Counted from the first letter of the stretch, positions 27,991-42,178 are shown. The stretch is 64,000 nucleotides of DNA from Tubiluchus corallicola (GCA_030141605.1 JAQGDQ010000702.1:45921-109920); one strand, 5' to 3'. Numbers and translations: made by a program. Notes: generated by a model not told the origin, from the sequence alone.

Positions 27991-28394
27991 GACAAAAATG
28001 ATAAAAGGTATTTACTATTACGGAGATCAAAACTGTTCCTCACATGAACAGCATCATTTTGTCAGTGATGCAGTGAAGCCTATATCAGACAAATGACCAG
28101 CCACAGCACATGAAAAAACGTTAGTGCCTTGGGGCAATAGACTCAATCCTCCGATTTGGTTATAGATTAAATTGTTTACTGATCACATGTTTGCACGTGA
28201 ATGTGAACACTATGCAAATTAGTAGTCATCAGTAAAGTTAAATGGGAACGATCTTTGATATTTAAAAAATACCTGAAACCACTATGGAATCTAAAAACAT
28301 GATGTTTTTAAGATGATTTTTAAAGGACAAAAACACTAGCTGGCTTCCTAAAAATTCCACCCTCGTTAGTGTGGCGCTCACAACCTCTTCATCT

Positions 28395-28520
28395 GCAACC
28401 TCTGTACCCTCAACTGTTGTGCCCTCAACCTTTGTACCTCAACCTTGCACCCTCAACCTTTGTACCCTCAACCTGTGTACCCTCAACCTCTGTACCCTCA
28501 ACCTTTGTACCCTCAACCTA
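28395..28520. repeat. 15-bp minisatellite (cctcaacctttgtac), ~8 copies
   Basis: Directly visible. Confidence 0.85.
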
Positions 28521-28973
28521 GTATCCACAACAACAAGGAGAAATGACAAAGCTGCTGATGGTACGTGTAATGCTGAACAGAAATTGACTGCCTGACGCTG
28601 AAACTCAAGCAGCCATAACACTTCAACGAGCATTTTCAACACGAAATTTTTACACTCGACGTCTTCCGGTTCTTTGCTCATACGACTTCCGATTCTCACG
28701 GCTAAAATGAGACGCCGTCAACTGAAGCATTTATTGAAGCAATTGCCTCAGGTTCAACAAGAAAACTTGGCAGTCAGTTTATAATAAATTGTAAACCGTG
28801 AATGTTTTATTCAAATTAAGTTACGACTCCAGACGCTCCTATTTGCAGCTCTGCGGAGTAAGTTTTTCTGCTCTGAAAGACTACTTTTGGTTGAAGTTGT
28901 TGAACATCTTCTTCTAATCAGATTTTTACTGGTTTCTGAATGCAAAATCCCTGCCGTCTCTCTAAATCCTTCC

Positions 28974-29200
<227 letters not shown>

Positions 29201-30232
29201 ACGTCTGAAACTAACAATGCAGTTAATGATCATGCTTAACATGCCTTCTATTCGTCGGCCATGCGAATGTGACAAAAAGGCGCCGCTGCCAATCTTAGTA
29301 GATTCACTGAGGCGCGCGTAGCTTTGAAAGTTTAACAAAATTTGAGTATCCGAGGTAATTATTATTTAATCTAAGCTTGGATTTAAAAAAAGCTATTGTA
29401 ATTTTCAATATTTTGAAGCATTCTTTGTTCTGAACTCATGTTCACACAAACCAACACAGAGGGTGCTTTTAACTTCAACAAACTTAAATTTTCGTTTCCA
29501 ACCGATAACGCGAAATTAAATCGTCTTGAAATTTTGCTCGAGATCAAAGTCGTCACTAATTCATTACATTTGCATATAACGTGAATTAATCTGAACAAAA
29601 TTATCGTGCGAAGTCCCGCAAACGTTTAAATGATTAAACGTTTCCACTTTTTAACAAACTGCGGTTAATGTTTTACGCGACCTTTGTGTGACCTTGGAGC
29701 ACGGCGTAGTTACATCTGCGCTTTGTCCTGTGTATCTAAATTTACGATATTCTAAAGCAGGCGGTCCTAGTAAAGGGAACACTGCACAATTTTCTTCAAA
29801 AGGACAACTACGGTAAGCCATTTCACGGTTCCAGTGATTGGTGATGATCGTGAAAAGGTCAAAGGTTAAGTGTACCAGACAACACATTTGTGTATACTTG
29901 ACAAAACCTCGTAGCTCATGCTATTTTAATAGTAACCGTTTTAACAGCTAGCCAGAACCTTACTTAGTTCTTTTTTCTTGTTCCCAAACAAGATCTTGCT
30001 AGTAAATCACTCTACGCGCAGCCTAATGCATAATTAAGTAATGTCCACGTAAAACAACTAAAGCTACTGAACTTACGCGGTAGACGGCTTTGTTTTACAC
30101 GCACAGCACGTGACGGTTGTAGTTAAGACGCGTTGCGGTGGTACACTTAACCTATGACCTGCAGTACCTGCACAATGAAGGTTAGTTCCCAACCTTTTTA
30201 GAGGATAATTGTAGCCATACAACGCATTTGTG

Positions 30233-30562
30233 CTGATTAGATTTAAATTTAGGTCAGGTTTATTGACTAATAGTTAAAATTATACAGGGTAAGAACTTAA
30301 CACTGATTAGATTTAAATCTAGGTCAGGTTTATTGACTAATAGCTACAATTATACAGGGTAAGAACTTAAGAGTGATTAGATTTAAATTTAGGTTAGGTT
30401 TATTGACTAATAGTTAAAATTATACAGGGTAAGAACTTAACACTGATTAGATTTAAATTTAGGTCAGCTTTATTGACTAATAGTTACGATTTTACAGGGT
30501 AAGAACTTAACACTGATTAGATGTAAAGTTAGGTCAGGTTTTTTGACTAATAGTTACAATTA
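30233..30562. repeat. 70-bp tandem repeat, ~4.7 copies
   Basis: Unit ctgattagatttaaatttaggtcagg... starts at 30233, 30303, 30373, 30443 and 30513. Confidence 0.9.
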
Positions 30563-31933
30563 TAGTTACATCGTCGTTATCATACACGTCATTGTCGTTA
30601 TCATCATCATCATCATCATCACCACCACCATAATCATCGTCGTCGTCGTCGTCGCCGTCATCATCATCATCATCATCATTAAAACCAATACGTTTCAACC
30701 ACTCTATGCTCTTGTGCTTTCGTACACGTTCCTTAACTTAAATTAGTTATCAGACTTTGCTATAAATGACACTACAAAAGGGGTGTTCAACACTCAAGCT
30801 TTTTGGAGTTTTGGAGTAAAAATGTCTCTTTATATGGAGCATTTTCTTGGATAAATTAAAAACAATGCATATTTTTTATAATCCGACAAAATTTCGCAAC
30901 AATATTACGAGCGGTGTTATGTCACTTCCTCAGTTAATTATAATTATTGATACGGCACCTGACTCAAGTTTTACTACCCACCCCTTTGAATAATGCAAAG
31001 TGTTAGAAATTTTCACACGAGTTGAAATGTTCCTACGCAAGGGGTAAATTGGTTTTAAATTTATTAAATTTGTTTAAAGGCACTGCAATTTAATTTTCTT
31101 GTGTTTTTTCTCAAAAATAAGAAGAAATTAAACAGCCTTTTTCCTTGTAATTAGTAATTTGAAATGTTTTAAACCTAATTAATGTGATTAGTAGAGATTA
31201 TTTTCTTCTTACGCGGATGAGTATAAAATTTGGAAAACGAAAGAATGCGGCATTTTTTGCTAAAATCAAATATTTGTTATAATTACGAAATGTATACCGT
31301 CACTTTGTATGCCTATTTTTTACCAATAAAGAAAATAAGGCAAATCAGCATTTTTCCCTTCAAAGTGTGAATTTGCCTTAATTCACATCAAGCATCATGC
31401 AATCTGAGATGCAGGTAAAAGTATTATTATTATTATTTATTTTTATAATTCTTTATTTTTAAAAACTATGTACAGAACACATTCCCCCTATTTGCAGCAT
31501 ATGTTTAAAATTTCTAAAAGCATGTACAACGTATTAAACCTCTTCACACACACACACACACACACACGCACACACACACACACACACACGCACGCACGCA
31601 CGCACGCACGCGCGCGCGCGCGCACACACAAACACACATATATATAACTTCGAATCCAACGCATGAGACACATTGAACGACAACGATCATATACAATAGA
31701 CATAGTTACAAATTATAATCCAACACTACAAACATACATAATAAAAGATAACGAACATTTGTTAATACTTAGTAACAAAAATTTACACACATTATACACA
31801 ATGAAAAACAGCGAGTACAATTATAATAAACACAATTACCAAGTTTGATGGAAATTCACATAATCATAAATAAAAACAAAACAGCATATAGAAAACACGA
31901 CGAGAGTTGTAAAATTTACCACCAACAGACTGT

Positions 31934-32200
31934 TTATACACGGGCGAAAGATGATAGGAATTCATCCGAGATAACATTTGCAAAAGCATTTATAGCATTA
32001 TTATCTCGGCTAGAAAAAACATAGTCCGAAACTAACGTAGGCAGAGAGCTAATAAAATCATTTCTTTTGGCTTGGTTTACTAATGCACATTCGAATAATA
32101 AAAGATGTACAGACAGAGGGCTTAATAAGCAGTTGCATGTACTATTAGGAGCATTCCCAATTTTGTACAAAAATTCTTTCAAATTTCCCTGCTTAAGTAA
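31934..32200 (-). mobile_element. LINE ORF2 C-terminal fragment with degenerate CCHC zinc knuckle
   Basis: GNLKEFLYKIGNAPNSTCNC...SVHLLLFEC resembles the 'G.F..YL.KI....C.C....T..H.L.EC' end of R1/I-group ORF2. Confidence 0.6.
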
Positions 32201-32264
32201 TAAACTGAAAGCTAATAAACTGATTTTTGTTTAACAATGCCTTTGTATTTTTAAAATGGATGAA

Positions 32265-32703
32265 TCTACTCAACTTTTGCAATGAGTAGCCACGACTTTC
32301 GGCACAAATTTCTACTCAACTCTTTCAATGACTACCACAATATTCTTCACAATTTTCTACTCAACTTTTTCAATGAGTAACCACAATATTTTTCACAAAT
32401 TTCTACTCAACTTTTGCAATGAGTACCACAATTTTCGGCGCAAATTTCTACTCAGTTCTTTCAATGAGTACCACAACCTTCTTCACAAATTTCTACTCAA
32501 CTCTTGCAATGAGTACCACAATATTCTTCACAAATTTCTACTCAACTTTTTCAATGAGTAGCCACAATATTCTTCACAAATTTCTACTCAACTCTTTCAA
32601 TGAGTAGCCACAATATTCTTCACAAATTTCTACTCAATTTTTTCAATAAGTAGCCACAATATTCTTCACAAATTTCTACTCAACTTTTGCAATGAGTACC
32701 CAC
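32265..32703. repeat. 45-46-bp tandem repeat, ~10 copies
   Basis: Unit ttctactcaactttttcaatgagtagccacaatattcttcacaaat. Confidence 0.92.
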
Positions 32704-33419
32704 ACTTTTGACTTAGTTTACTAATGTACATACAATTAATAAATGAATGTAAAAGTAAAAATAAGAATGATAAATACCTGAGTGAAAGAAGCTAGGAGGG
32801 TTAAAAGCATCCAAATTGTCTGTTTCATCTTGATTTTACACCTTTGATTAGTCAAAGATTGTCGAACTCCAAATTCAATTGCTGCTAATTGGGAGTCGTT
32901 TAATTCGCGCGTCCAGCCTCTTCTGGAAAACTCACTTTAGCGCTGTCGCCGCGAAGTCAAAAGCTTGGCTTCCCGAGCGCGCCGATGACGTCACGGTGAC
33001 ATGGCTTCACGCTCGGCGGCGACAACGACTGCACGCTGATTATTCTCGCTTCGGAGGAGGCATTTGCAAATAGAGAGAGAGAAATTGTCCTCTCGGGGGT
33101 CCAATTACTTAGCCGAAAACAAGTTTAAGTACTGGCTTCTTCTACTTTGTTTCAGTGCTGCCGGGAGCACGAGTTAATGAGTCTAGTAAGAAACAAAAGG
33201 CGCAGACTTGACTTAGAATACAAAATATGCAAAATTGAGCAACAGAGTGGTGCAAACTTGGTATTCGATCGCGTGGGCAGATGGGAAATGACAGTTACTG
33301 TTGTAAGGAGGCACCTAGAGGCGCCACTTGTATCTTGATTAACAATGAGTAAAGTTCCAGTCAAGCCACACACGTCTAGATTGATGTCACTGAATGCTCG
33401 GAATGTTGAGAACATTTTT

Positions 33420-33860
33420 GTGTTGTGTTGTATTGTGTTATGTGATGTTATATTATGTTACGTTATATTACGTTATGTTATGTTATGTTATGTTATGTTA
33501 TGTTATGTTATGTTATGTTATGTTATGTTATGTTATGTTATGTTATGTTATGTTATGTTATGTAATGTTATGTTATGTTATGTTATGTTATGTTATGTTA
33601 TGTTATGTTATGTTATGTTATGTTATGTTATGTTAATTTATGTTATTTTATGTCAAGTCATGTCATGTTATGTTACGTTATGTCATGTTATGTTATTTCA
33701 TGTTACATTTTGTTACGTTATGCTATGTTACAATATGTTATGTTATGTTATGTTACATTACATTATTTTATGTTTTCTCGTGGTATGTTGTGTTATGCTA
33801 TGTTTTATTACGTTACGTTGCGTTACTTTACATTGTTTTATGTCACATAATGTTATGATT
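33420..33860. repeat. (TGTTA)n pentanucleotide microsatellite
   Basis: Directly visible. Confidence 0.95.
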
Positions 33861-34975
33861 GGTAGCTTCATTTATTTATCTATTTGATTATTTATTAAAC
33901 TAGTTAACAAACATCTAACACGAACGTATATAGGATGAACGAAAAGAAAATTCCACCGGGAGAACGTACCAGTTTGCACAAAATACTTCCAAGTTTCGTC
34001 ACTAGATGGCTCGACCAGTCTGTCGTATACATTACTCTGTGGCATCACGGTGTGCTGCACGTCCCTCGTAAAACTAAAATTCATGAAAGTCATTGATGTC
34101 TAATACTAGATCAGCAGTTCCAACGCCTGTCTTCCTAGCAAAACAGAGAGAAGTTCATTAGTTAAAAGCAAAGTCATTCATTCCAGTTTAACAGCAAGTT
34201 AAGCCATCTCATCCATCTTGGTAAAGGGATAAATTTCCTGGATTTACTGACAAATCGTATTGTTCTGAAGACACAGCCCCTTAAGTTGTATTAATAATTA
34301 TAACAGGGGACCAACTTACTTTTCCTGGATGTCCCACAGCTTTGTGTAGAAACGCACCTTCAAACATTTGGGAAAAATTTTAGCTTCCAGAAAAATCTGT
34401 AAATCCTTTGCCGCACATTCTGGCTTTGGAAGGCTTTGTGTAGAAACGCACCCTTAGAAACTTGGGAAAAATTTTACCTTTGAAAAATCTATGAACCTTT
34501 GCCGCACATTCTGTTTCGGGTGGTGCCCTTCCGGCGGTTCCTTTAAGTTTTTCAATGTTTGAATTTGTAGGTCCTACGGCAAATTTTGGATTAAAATTCA
34601 GAAGGGCACCAGAAACAAAATGTCGGCAAAGAATTTATAGATTTTTCTGAAAGAGAAACAGAAAGTATAATAACAATGTCTTTGTTTTACACGGGAAAAA
34701 AAGTTGCTTGAGCAGGAAAATCACGACTTTGAATTGAATTGAATTGAATTTTAATGCACAGATAAATAGTGAAAAGTTGATGGTGATGGAGCAACCAGCG
34801 CTAGCAAGGCACAAAATCACAATTAAATTTGAATTTATTTCTGACTTGCAAGTTTGCAATGATAATTTACACAGAAAGCGTTAAATTAACACAAATTGTG
34901 ACACAAAATTTTTATTAAGGCTACTGCCATGCCTCTAGACAACACCAAGAAGGTAATCTTGTGTTGGTTTATTAT

Positions 34976-34976
<1 letters not shown>

Positions 34977-35070
<94 letters not shown>

Positions 35071-35117
35071 TTTCTCTCCTCCTATTCCTTTCTCTCTCTC
35101 TCTCCTTCTCCCTCCTA

Positions 35118-35178
<61 letters not shown>

Positions 35179-35342
35179 CTCTCCCCCTCTCTCTCTCCTC
35201 TTTCTCTCTCCCTCTCTTTCTCTACTCTCTCTCTCTCCCTCCCCCTTCTCTCTCTTTCTCTCTCCTTTACCTTTCTCTCTCCCTCTCTCTTTTTTCTCTC
35301 TCTTTCTATCTTTTCTCTGTCTCCTGTCTCTCGCTCACTCAC

Positions 35343-35440
<98 letters not shown>

Positions 35441-35465
35441 TCTCTCTCTCACACTCACTCATTCA

Positions 35466-35498
<33 letters not shown>

Positions 35499-35655
35499 TC
35501 ACTCATTCACTCTCTCTCTCACACACACATGCTCACTCACTCACTCTCTCTCTCTCTCTCACTCACACACTCTCACTCACTCATTCACTCTCTCTCACAC
35601 ACACACACACTCACTCATTCACTCTCTCTCTCACACACACGTGCTCACTCACTCA

Positions 35656-35690
<35 letters not shown>

Positions 35691-35775
35691 TCACTCACTC
35701 ATTCACTCTCTCTCACACACACGTGCTCACTCACTCACTCTCTCTCTCTCTCTCACTCACACACTCTCACTCACT
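34977..35775. repeat. Compound (CT)n/(CA)n/(CACT)n microsatellite
   Basis: Directly visible. Confidence 0.95.
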
Positions 35776-37369
35776 TAAAAATTGTAAAGCTGCACATTTC
35801 ACTGCAAAGCTTCACTTGTATGAAAAATGACAAAAGTATCTCAAAATAAGAGCTATAGAATTTACATTAGCTATTTTGGCACAGGCAGCACGAGTGCTGA
35901 GACTTAAAGGAACCGCCGGAAGGGCACCACACGAACATTTTTAAAATAACAGCCTTGTGTGCGTATAAAATTTAATTTAAAAACTAACTTACCCTAGCAT
36001 AAAAATAATTTTTAACAATAAGACTTTCATTTTACATGAGAACGAAACTAGACGAGGGTAAATAAAGAGTTAAACTAAATAATTAAACATCAGCTGCTGA
36101 ATTAAAATTGGCTCATAAGTGAGAAAATTGAAATTTAACAGGAAAATACAGGATAAACAGAAGTCCATGCCTCATTTGTTTATTTTTATTTATTTATTGT
36201 TTATTATTTACTAGTTTTCAATTTGGCGGATATCACAGTCTTCTGATTTATTTACCAAGTACTAGGCGTCACTGGTAATTCAATTTTTATCTTTTTCTGA
36301 TCATTTTTTCGTCTTCCTCGTTGTTATTAGTTCGTCTAATTATTGTAATGTTAATGTGAAGATTATTATTAATAATTAAACAAACGCACGTAATTATTTA
36401 AACTTGACTCCAAATTTGAAAGACAAGAAATGTGAAACAGCTGAGATACATGTCTGGGTAAAAATGTTTTAAAAAAGTTTATACAGCCTGGATTTGAACT
36501 AAGGATCTTCTGCTTACAAGGCTGTATTCCAACTATTTTACATTTTCTGTCTTTCAAATTTGGTATCAAAATTTAATTTAACTGTCGACTTCTTGCTGTT
36601 TAGTTTAGTTAGATTATCTTAAATCATTCTTTCTTTTCCTTGTCGTCTTCTTCTTCATTCTTCAATTATTGTCGTTTAATAAAGATATTTTCTCGTTATG
36701 GACTTAAGCACTTTGTTCTTAATGAGGAACATTGTTCTTTGTCATTGTTCATTAAACTACTAGTTCATTCTTCTCTTGTCAACATTTGAAATTAAAGGAA
36801 AAGTTAACCTAAATTGAAATAGAGACTGTTGATATTAATGAGGAACATTGCTCTCTTGGTCACTGTTTATTGCACTACTAGTTCATTCTTGTGTTGCTAA
36901 CACTTGAAATTAAAGGAAAAGTTAACATAAATTGAAATAGAGAATGTTGATCTTAAATTAGTTTGCTGATCTCACATTTTCATGATAAACTTAGCTTCTT
37001 GAGGCGCAAAACTGCAAAGGTAACAAAGCGAACTTAACAAACAGACAGACAAAAAAGCCCTTTAACAAATCATCATTAATATCATTTGTAACAGCCTATA
37101 TATCTGATGATGGATTCGATGTCAAGCGTCTGCTTTTCTTTGACGTTTCACAAAATGTCAGAAATCATTTAAATTTGTTTATCCAGTTAGAAAGATGAAA
37201 CGAAACCTTCGCGACAGTCAAAGAAGTGAAAGGTTGCAAATTGTTAGCAATTGTTTGCGATTTGCTCTTTTTACTTCTAAAGTTTCTAATCTATTATTTA
37301 ATTATCAGAAACGCTTTTACAGTATTACTTGTTTTAAAAATGTATACCTTTTATTGGACTTGAGAATGA

Positions 37370-37379
37370 GGAAGAGAGA

Positions 37380-37444
<65 letters not shown>

Positions 37445-37454
37445 GGGAGAAAGA

Positions 37455-37487
<33 letters not shown>

Positions 37488-37499
37488 GGAGAGAAAAAA

Positions 37500-37540
<41 letters not shown>

Positions 37541-37562
37541 AAAAGAGAGAGAGAGAGAGAGA
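37370..37562. repeat. (GA)n microsatellite
   Basis: Directly visible. Confidence 0.95.
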
Positions 37563-38279
37563 CAAACCAAGCGTGCCAGACACATGGAACTGCTGCTACG
37601 TCGTTAGTAATGACGTAGCGCCATCTATGGCTAATAACTGAATTTTTTAGAAACGGAAAGAATTTCACAAACGAATACACGCAAGATGAATTTTTCTTAA
37701 CGCCAGAAAACGCATCTTCAGGAACTCAGGTTTTAAATGTGCTGTAAAACACGTATTCTGAGAGATTACACTTGCCATACTATAACAAACTGACTTTATA
37801 ATAAATTTTTTTCTTGACTTAATTATTAGTCGCGTATGTGTGGTTAACAGCTGAAGTTAAGCAATGTTAAGCCTAGACAGTGAAGGCATAGACGACCATC
37901 GGGTTCAAATCAGTAGATTCACGCCATACTATAACAACGACTTAATTTTTCTTGCTTAATTATTAGTGGTATGTGTGGTTAACAGCTGAAGTTAAGAATG
38001 TTAAGCCTAGATAGTGAAGGCATGGACGACCATTGGGTTCAATACTCATTCTGAGAGACTACACTTGCCATACTGTCCATCAGTAAAGGAAATCTTACCA
38101 ATATGTTTTTCAAGATGAGACAGTAAAGAGTTAATCGCATAGTCGGGTACAAAATGAAGTTTTCTGTACTTGTAATTGCGTACTATGTAGGCACGTACCA
38201 GACTTCACATATTATTATAAGAAATTTCTCTCTTTCTTCTTTGCAGCCACAGCTATAACAACAATAACATGAATCAGTG

Positions 38280-38440
38280 TAGTGACTCAAACATGTGTGT
38301 ACACGTAAAGCATGTATTTTATATAAACGTGTGACTCAAACATGTGTACACGTAAAGCATGTATTTTATATAAACGTGTGACTCAAACATGTGTACACGT
38401 AAAGCATGTATTTTATATAAACGTGTGACTCAAACACATG
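38280..38440. repeat. 47-49-bp tandem repeat, ~3.5 copies
   Basis: gtgactcaaacatgtgtacacgtaaagcatgtattttatataaacgt is repeated. Confidence 0.88.
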
Positions 38441-38926
38441 CGTTTTAAACCAAAGCGCAAAAAAATTGTCGAGAACCTCAAATGTTTATTCCCTAATTTT
38501 TTCTTGAAGACGACTCGGTTTCCATATGCAAAAATAATGTCTGTAAAAGCTATAAAGAACTGCTCGGAAGCAACAAGATTTGGTGACAAACAGCGCCCCC
38601 TGCATTCAGTGTATTGTGTACAAATTGTTAGAAGTTCCGGACTCGTGGTCCGTGGCGCAACATCAGAAATATACAAATTAAAAAATGTAGCTATGAAATG
38701 TTTAACACAGTGAAAAAACTTGTAAATCACTACAATGTAGCTGCTTGCTGACAAAATACATAAATGCTCATCTTGTACTTTCTCTGCACCCTGTACAATT
38801 ATCTCAGGACTGCGAGCACAGCTCTGTATGTAGACAAGTGGTCTATATAAGCTAAGTTATTGATATATCAATTGTAAGTTGACACAGTAATACATATATA
38901 CAGGTTCATTGTTACACGAAAGGAGC

Positions 38927-40063
38927 TCATAAAGTGAGAATATCGTGAGCTTTATTTTCCAGCAACAACTCCATGGACGACACGGCCGTACACCAACCGG
39001 TCAAGCGCTCCTGCATGCCCGCAATCTGCTGCACGTCCAGTACCCGCGGTTGCACCCACGTCATGCAAACCTTCTGCTCCACCTCGTCTATGCTACCCTT
39101 CACCAGTCCCAACGACAGCGCCTTCATCACGAGTAGCTCCACCTCGCCGATCGGCAGCCTCGCTTCGCTGGCTATCTCTTCGAAAGACAGCTGACGACTG
39201 TTGGCGGGTCTCTTGAATGTCATTTCCATCAGACAGAGGAGGGAGATTTTCTGTCTCATTGCTAGTTCGTTTGCCGAGAGGTCGGCTTGGCAGCTCCATT
39301 CGGAGCGCAGGTTTTCGTACTTGGTGATGTTTCCGCTGTTAAAAGCAAAGAGAAGATCAACTAGCCAAGATTTGCCTCCTTCCCGCAGTCTATCGAGTAT
39401 CGGATGGGCCAGCAATTCCCCAAAATTATAAATACCATCTCCCAGGACAGCAGCAAGTGCAAGATGAAATGCTCGGTCAAGTTGCTCGTCATCCGAAATC
39501 AAGTCCAAGTCAATGCAGCCCAAATAGCGCAGCGCATCTCGGTAGTAATCTGCATGATTTCCAACAACCTTGTGATAATTGCTGCACATGTCGTAGAATC
39601 GACTGTGGACAGGGCCAACGCCATCTTGCGCTTCTAGCATGGCACCAGCTTTCTCTATGAGTTCTTTTGTGGCTTTAATCTCACGCAACTGCAGTTGTAT
39701 TAATGCCTCAGCTGTCATGCATAGTATTTGTGCATCATCTGAACCTTTCACCTTCTCTTGCGTTTTGTGCAGAAATTCTACGCACTCTTTTGGATCGTTC
39801 ATTTGTCGAATGATGAAAACTACAATTTCTACAAAAGCTAAACTATTTATTCGGTGTTCAAAGTCGGCTAAGAAATTCTCATACATCTTCAAAAGATTAA
39901 CTTTTTCGGAATACACCGGATTTTTTACAAATTTGAGCAATCTTTGAGTTAGTTGATGCCACAGTTTTTTATTATAAAGTTCCTCTAACTCTGCCCATTC
40001 TGAACCAAGATCTCCTGTTGCTGTTTGCAACTGCTCTGTCAAATATGCATTAACATCCCTCAT
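38927..40063 (-). CDS. PSMD13: 26S proteasome non-ATPase regulatory subunit 13 (Rpn9), single-exon CDS
   Basis: 378 aa, full length. Contains LEELYNKKLWHQLT, YYRDALRYLGC, IYNFGELLAHP and the PCI-domain end VELLVMKALSLGLVKGSIDEV...MTWVQPRVLD...AHDILT. Confidence 0.96.
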   Translation of the reverse strand: MRDVNAYLTEQLQTATGDLGSEWAELEELYNKKLWHQLTQRLLKFVKNPVYSEKVNLLKMYENFLADFEHRINSLAFVEIVVFIIRQMNDPKECVEFLHKTQEKVKGSDDAQILCMTAEALIQLQLREIKATKELIEKAGAMLEAQDGVGPVHSRFYDMCSNYHKVVGNHADYYRDALRYLGCIDLDLISDDEQLDRAFHLALAAVLGDGIYNFGELLAHPILDRLREGGKSWLVDLLFAFNSGNITKYENLRSEWSCQADLSANELAMRQKISLLCLMEMTFKRPANSRQLSFEEIASEARLPIGEVELLVMKALSLGLVKGSIDEVEQKVCMTWVQPRVLDVQQIAGMQERLTGWCTAVSSMELLLENKAHDILTL

Positions 40064-40182
40064 GTTTGAAAATGAAATAAGACAATAATAATCCTAAAGC
40101 AACAAGAGAATGCACGTTTCACAGTTAATTAAGACGAGAAACCAATTTTCGCTGATAAACGCGACTCATCATCTCACCTTAC

Positions 40183-40290
40183 CGCAAAATAATTCGCCAA
40201 TTGACACGCGGATATGAATAAATTCATTTTAGTTTAGTTTTATTACAAATGCCATAATCCGTTTCGTATGATACCGCATCATAACCAATG
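40183..40290. promoter_or_regulatory. Putative compact bidirectional promoter / first non-coding exons of PSMD13 and the ValRS gene
   Basis: Inferred only from flanking splice-like signals: a minus-strand donor gcg|gtaagg at 40182 with acceptor ttgctttag at 40094, and a plus-strand donor-like gtaagc at 40290 with acceptor tttcttccag at 42120. Confidence 0.4.
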
Positions 40291-40641
40291 CAAACGACTG
40301 TAAGCTACATATATGACATTATCAACGATATGAAATTAAGTCACTAACATGAAACAACTGCATTTCATTATAAGTACAGTAAATATTATTACACAACAGT
40401 ATAGTAATCATTGTTCTAGTTTGCAAAAGGGATTTCGATTAAAGAGTTTTTAACTACAATGTTAAAAACAAAACAATGCTAAAACAAAAAATAAATATAA
40501 AAAATGGAATTGAACTCGTGTCATTACTGTTTTACCACTGTTAAACCTTGAGAGCATTTCAAACAACAATAACGTATGTAAGAACACAAAAAGGCAGTGC
40601 ATTATTATGAGTTAAGAAGTGTTAACAAAATGGATGAACTG

Positions 40642-41021
40642 TAGGGGTGAACATCAGACGTTCGAATTCGATTCAAACAAACCTAAAACTATAGATTCCA
40701 ATAATTCAGCTCTTCAATCACATACGTTCCTTCTCATGAAAACGATCGAATCATCACGCAATTAACATAATTTAGCTATAATTTCTGTGCACAATTTTAC
40801 ACAAATTATTAGTGGTCTTACTGTAGAACGAATTAAGTAATATGAATGACTTTTGTAAGACCACTTTTTACTAGTGTTTTGAAAACTTGTTCGAAAATCT
40901 TTCAAACTCAATTCGAATTCTATTCGAATTTGAAATACCGAAATTTGGCTCAATTTGAATTCGAAAGTCATTAATCCGATTCGATCTAAATTCGCTTTCC
41001 GGTAGAGAATGCTCACCTGTA
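40642..41021. mobile_element. hAT-type MITE with 8-bp TSD
   Basis: TSD atgaactg at 40634-40641 and 41022-41029; imperfect TIR taggggtgaacat / atgctcacctgta; internal (ttcgaa)-rich subterminal repeats. Confidence 0.75.
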
Positions 41022-42178
41022 ATGAACTGTAATTGAAATAACATTACTGATCAAATCGTGCATAAAGAGCATAATATTTAAAAACATAAATTATTTATTG
41101 AATGAACAAGTTTAAAATCCTACTAATAATTGATATCAAATTTGAAATTTCAATTAAATACCTCTCTGTCTGACGCAGTCAAACAAACAAATTTGATTTT
41201 ATGCATTTAATCGAGAGGGTTAACGGAGTCGATGAAAAACAAGCACACACCAGTGTAACCCGGCTGCTAGCTTCTTAATATTTTGCTGTAGTACAATGGC
41301 AGCGCCCGTTAATGGATACACATGAATCTTAGTTACTCAGAATGAGGATTAGTAAAGGAAGAGTTTTCTTGTAAGGAGGTTTCTTAAAAATATTTAAAAA
41401 CTGAACAGTTGGTAGATTACCACTGGGGCTTAGTTTTACATTAGTAATCGGATGGGTATTTGTAAGACTATTACTTCTGCTGCAATTCAATACACTTACT
41501 TAGTAAACTGGCAAAGCTTGGCTGTGCAGGTCGGACATCAAGTTTAACTTACTTGTTCTAGGGGTAGTAAATGGCACTTTTATTTTGCGAAAATTGGGTT
41601 TCGGGATTTTTGTGGCTGATTCGATAGATGTGTGGTTCTTTGCCACTCTTTCTCCATTGCTACTTGTATTTTAACACATATTACTGTACATTTAACACTG
41701 ATCTTTACAGCATGTTTGAAAACATAAATAATAAAATGTACATTTATCTGGTGATAGTAGCTCATGCAAGCAATCATTTTGCTTCGGGTTTTTTTCTGTT
41801 ACCAAGCCCAATGGAGTTATCAAATCAAAATCAAATCATTTATTTTTCATCCCAATAACAATACAAAGAAAAATAGGTATAAATAAAAAAGCCAAACAAA
41901 TGGGAAGTTAAACATAACTTCAATGTGTTCTTGCAAAGTCTGTAGCAACCAACATTCGTATGGTTACTGAGCATTTTGTGATATGTAAATGACTAGAAAA
42001 CCATAATTGCCGACTATTGAACAGTTTTGATACACAAGCACACAATTATTATTACGATAAAATACTTGTATTTTAATTTTTCATTTAGTAGCATTTGAAA
42101 AGCTGTTGTTTTTCTTCCAGTATGGTTTCCAGGACAACCAGCTTCACATGATCCTCAAAATCTCTCTTGTCTGGCATA

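Noticed and set aside
28371-28699. Mucin-like PSTFV repeat ORF
   Set aside because: The frame shifts within the 15-bp minisatellite and there is no flanking gene structure.
29856-29868. Nuclear-receptor DR1-like site AGGTCA-A-AGGTTA
   Set aside because: A single short motif without conservation or functional context.
32265-32703. Palindromic repeat array resembling CRISPR
   Set aside because: The sequences between the palindromes are repeated rather than unique spacers, there are no cas genes, and the context is eukaryotic.
33150-34330. Moderately complex minus-strand ORFs that might be exons or an endonuclease remnant
   Set aside because: No convincing motif or consistent splice frame; needs a translated search.
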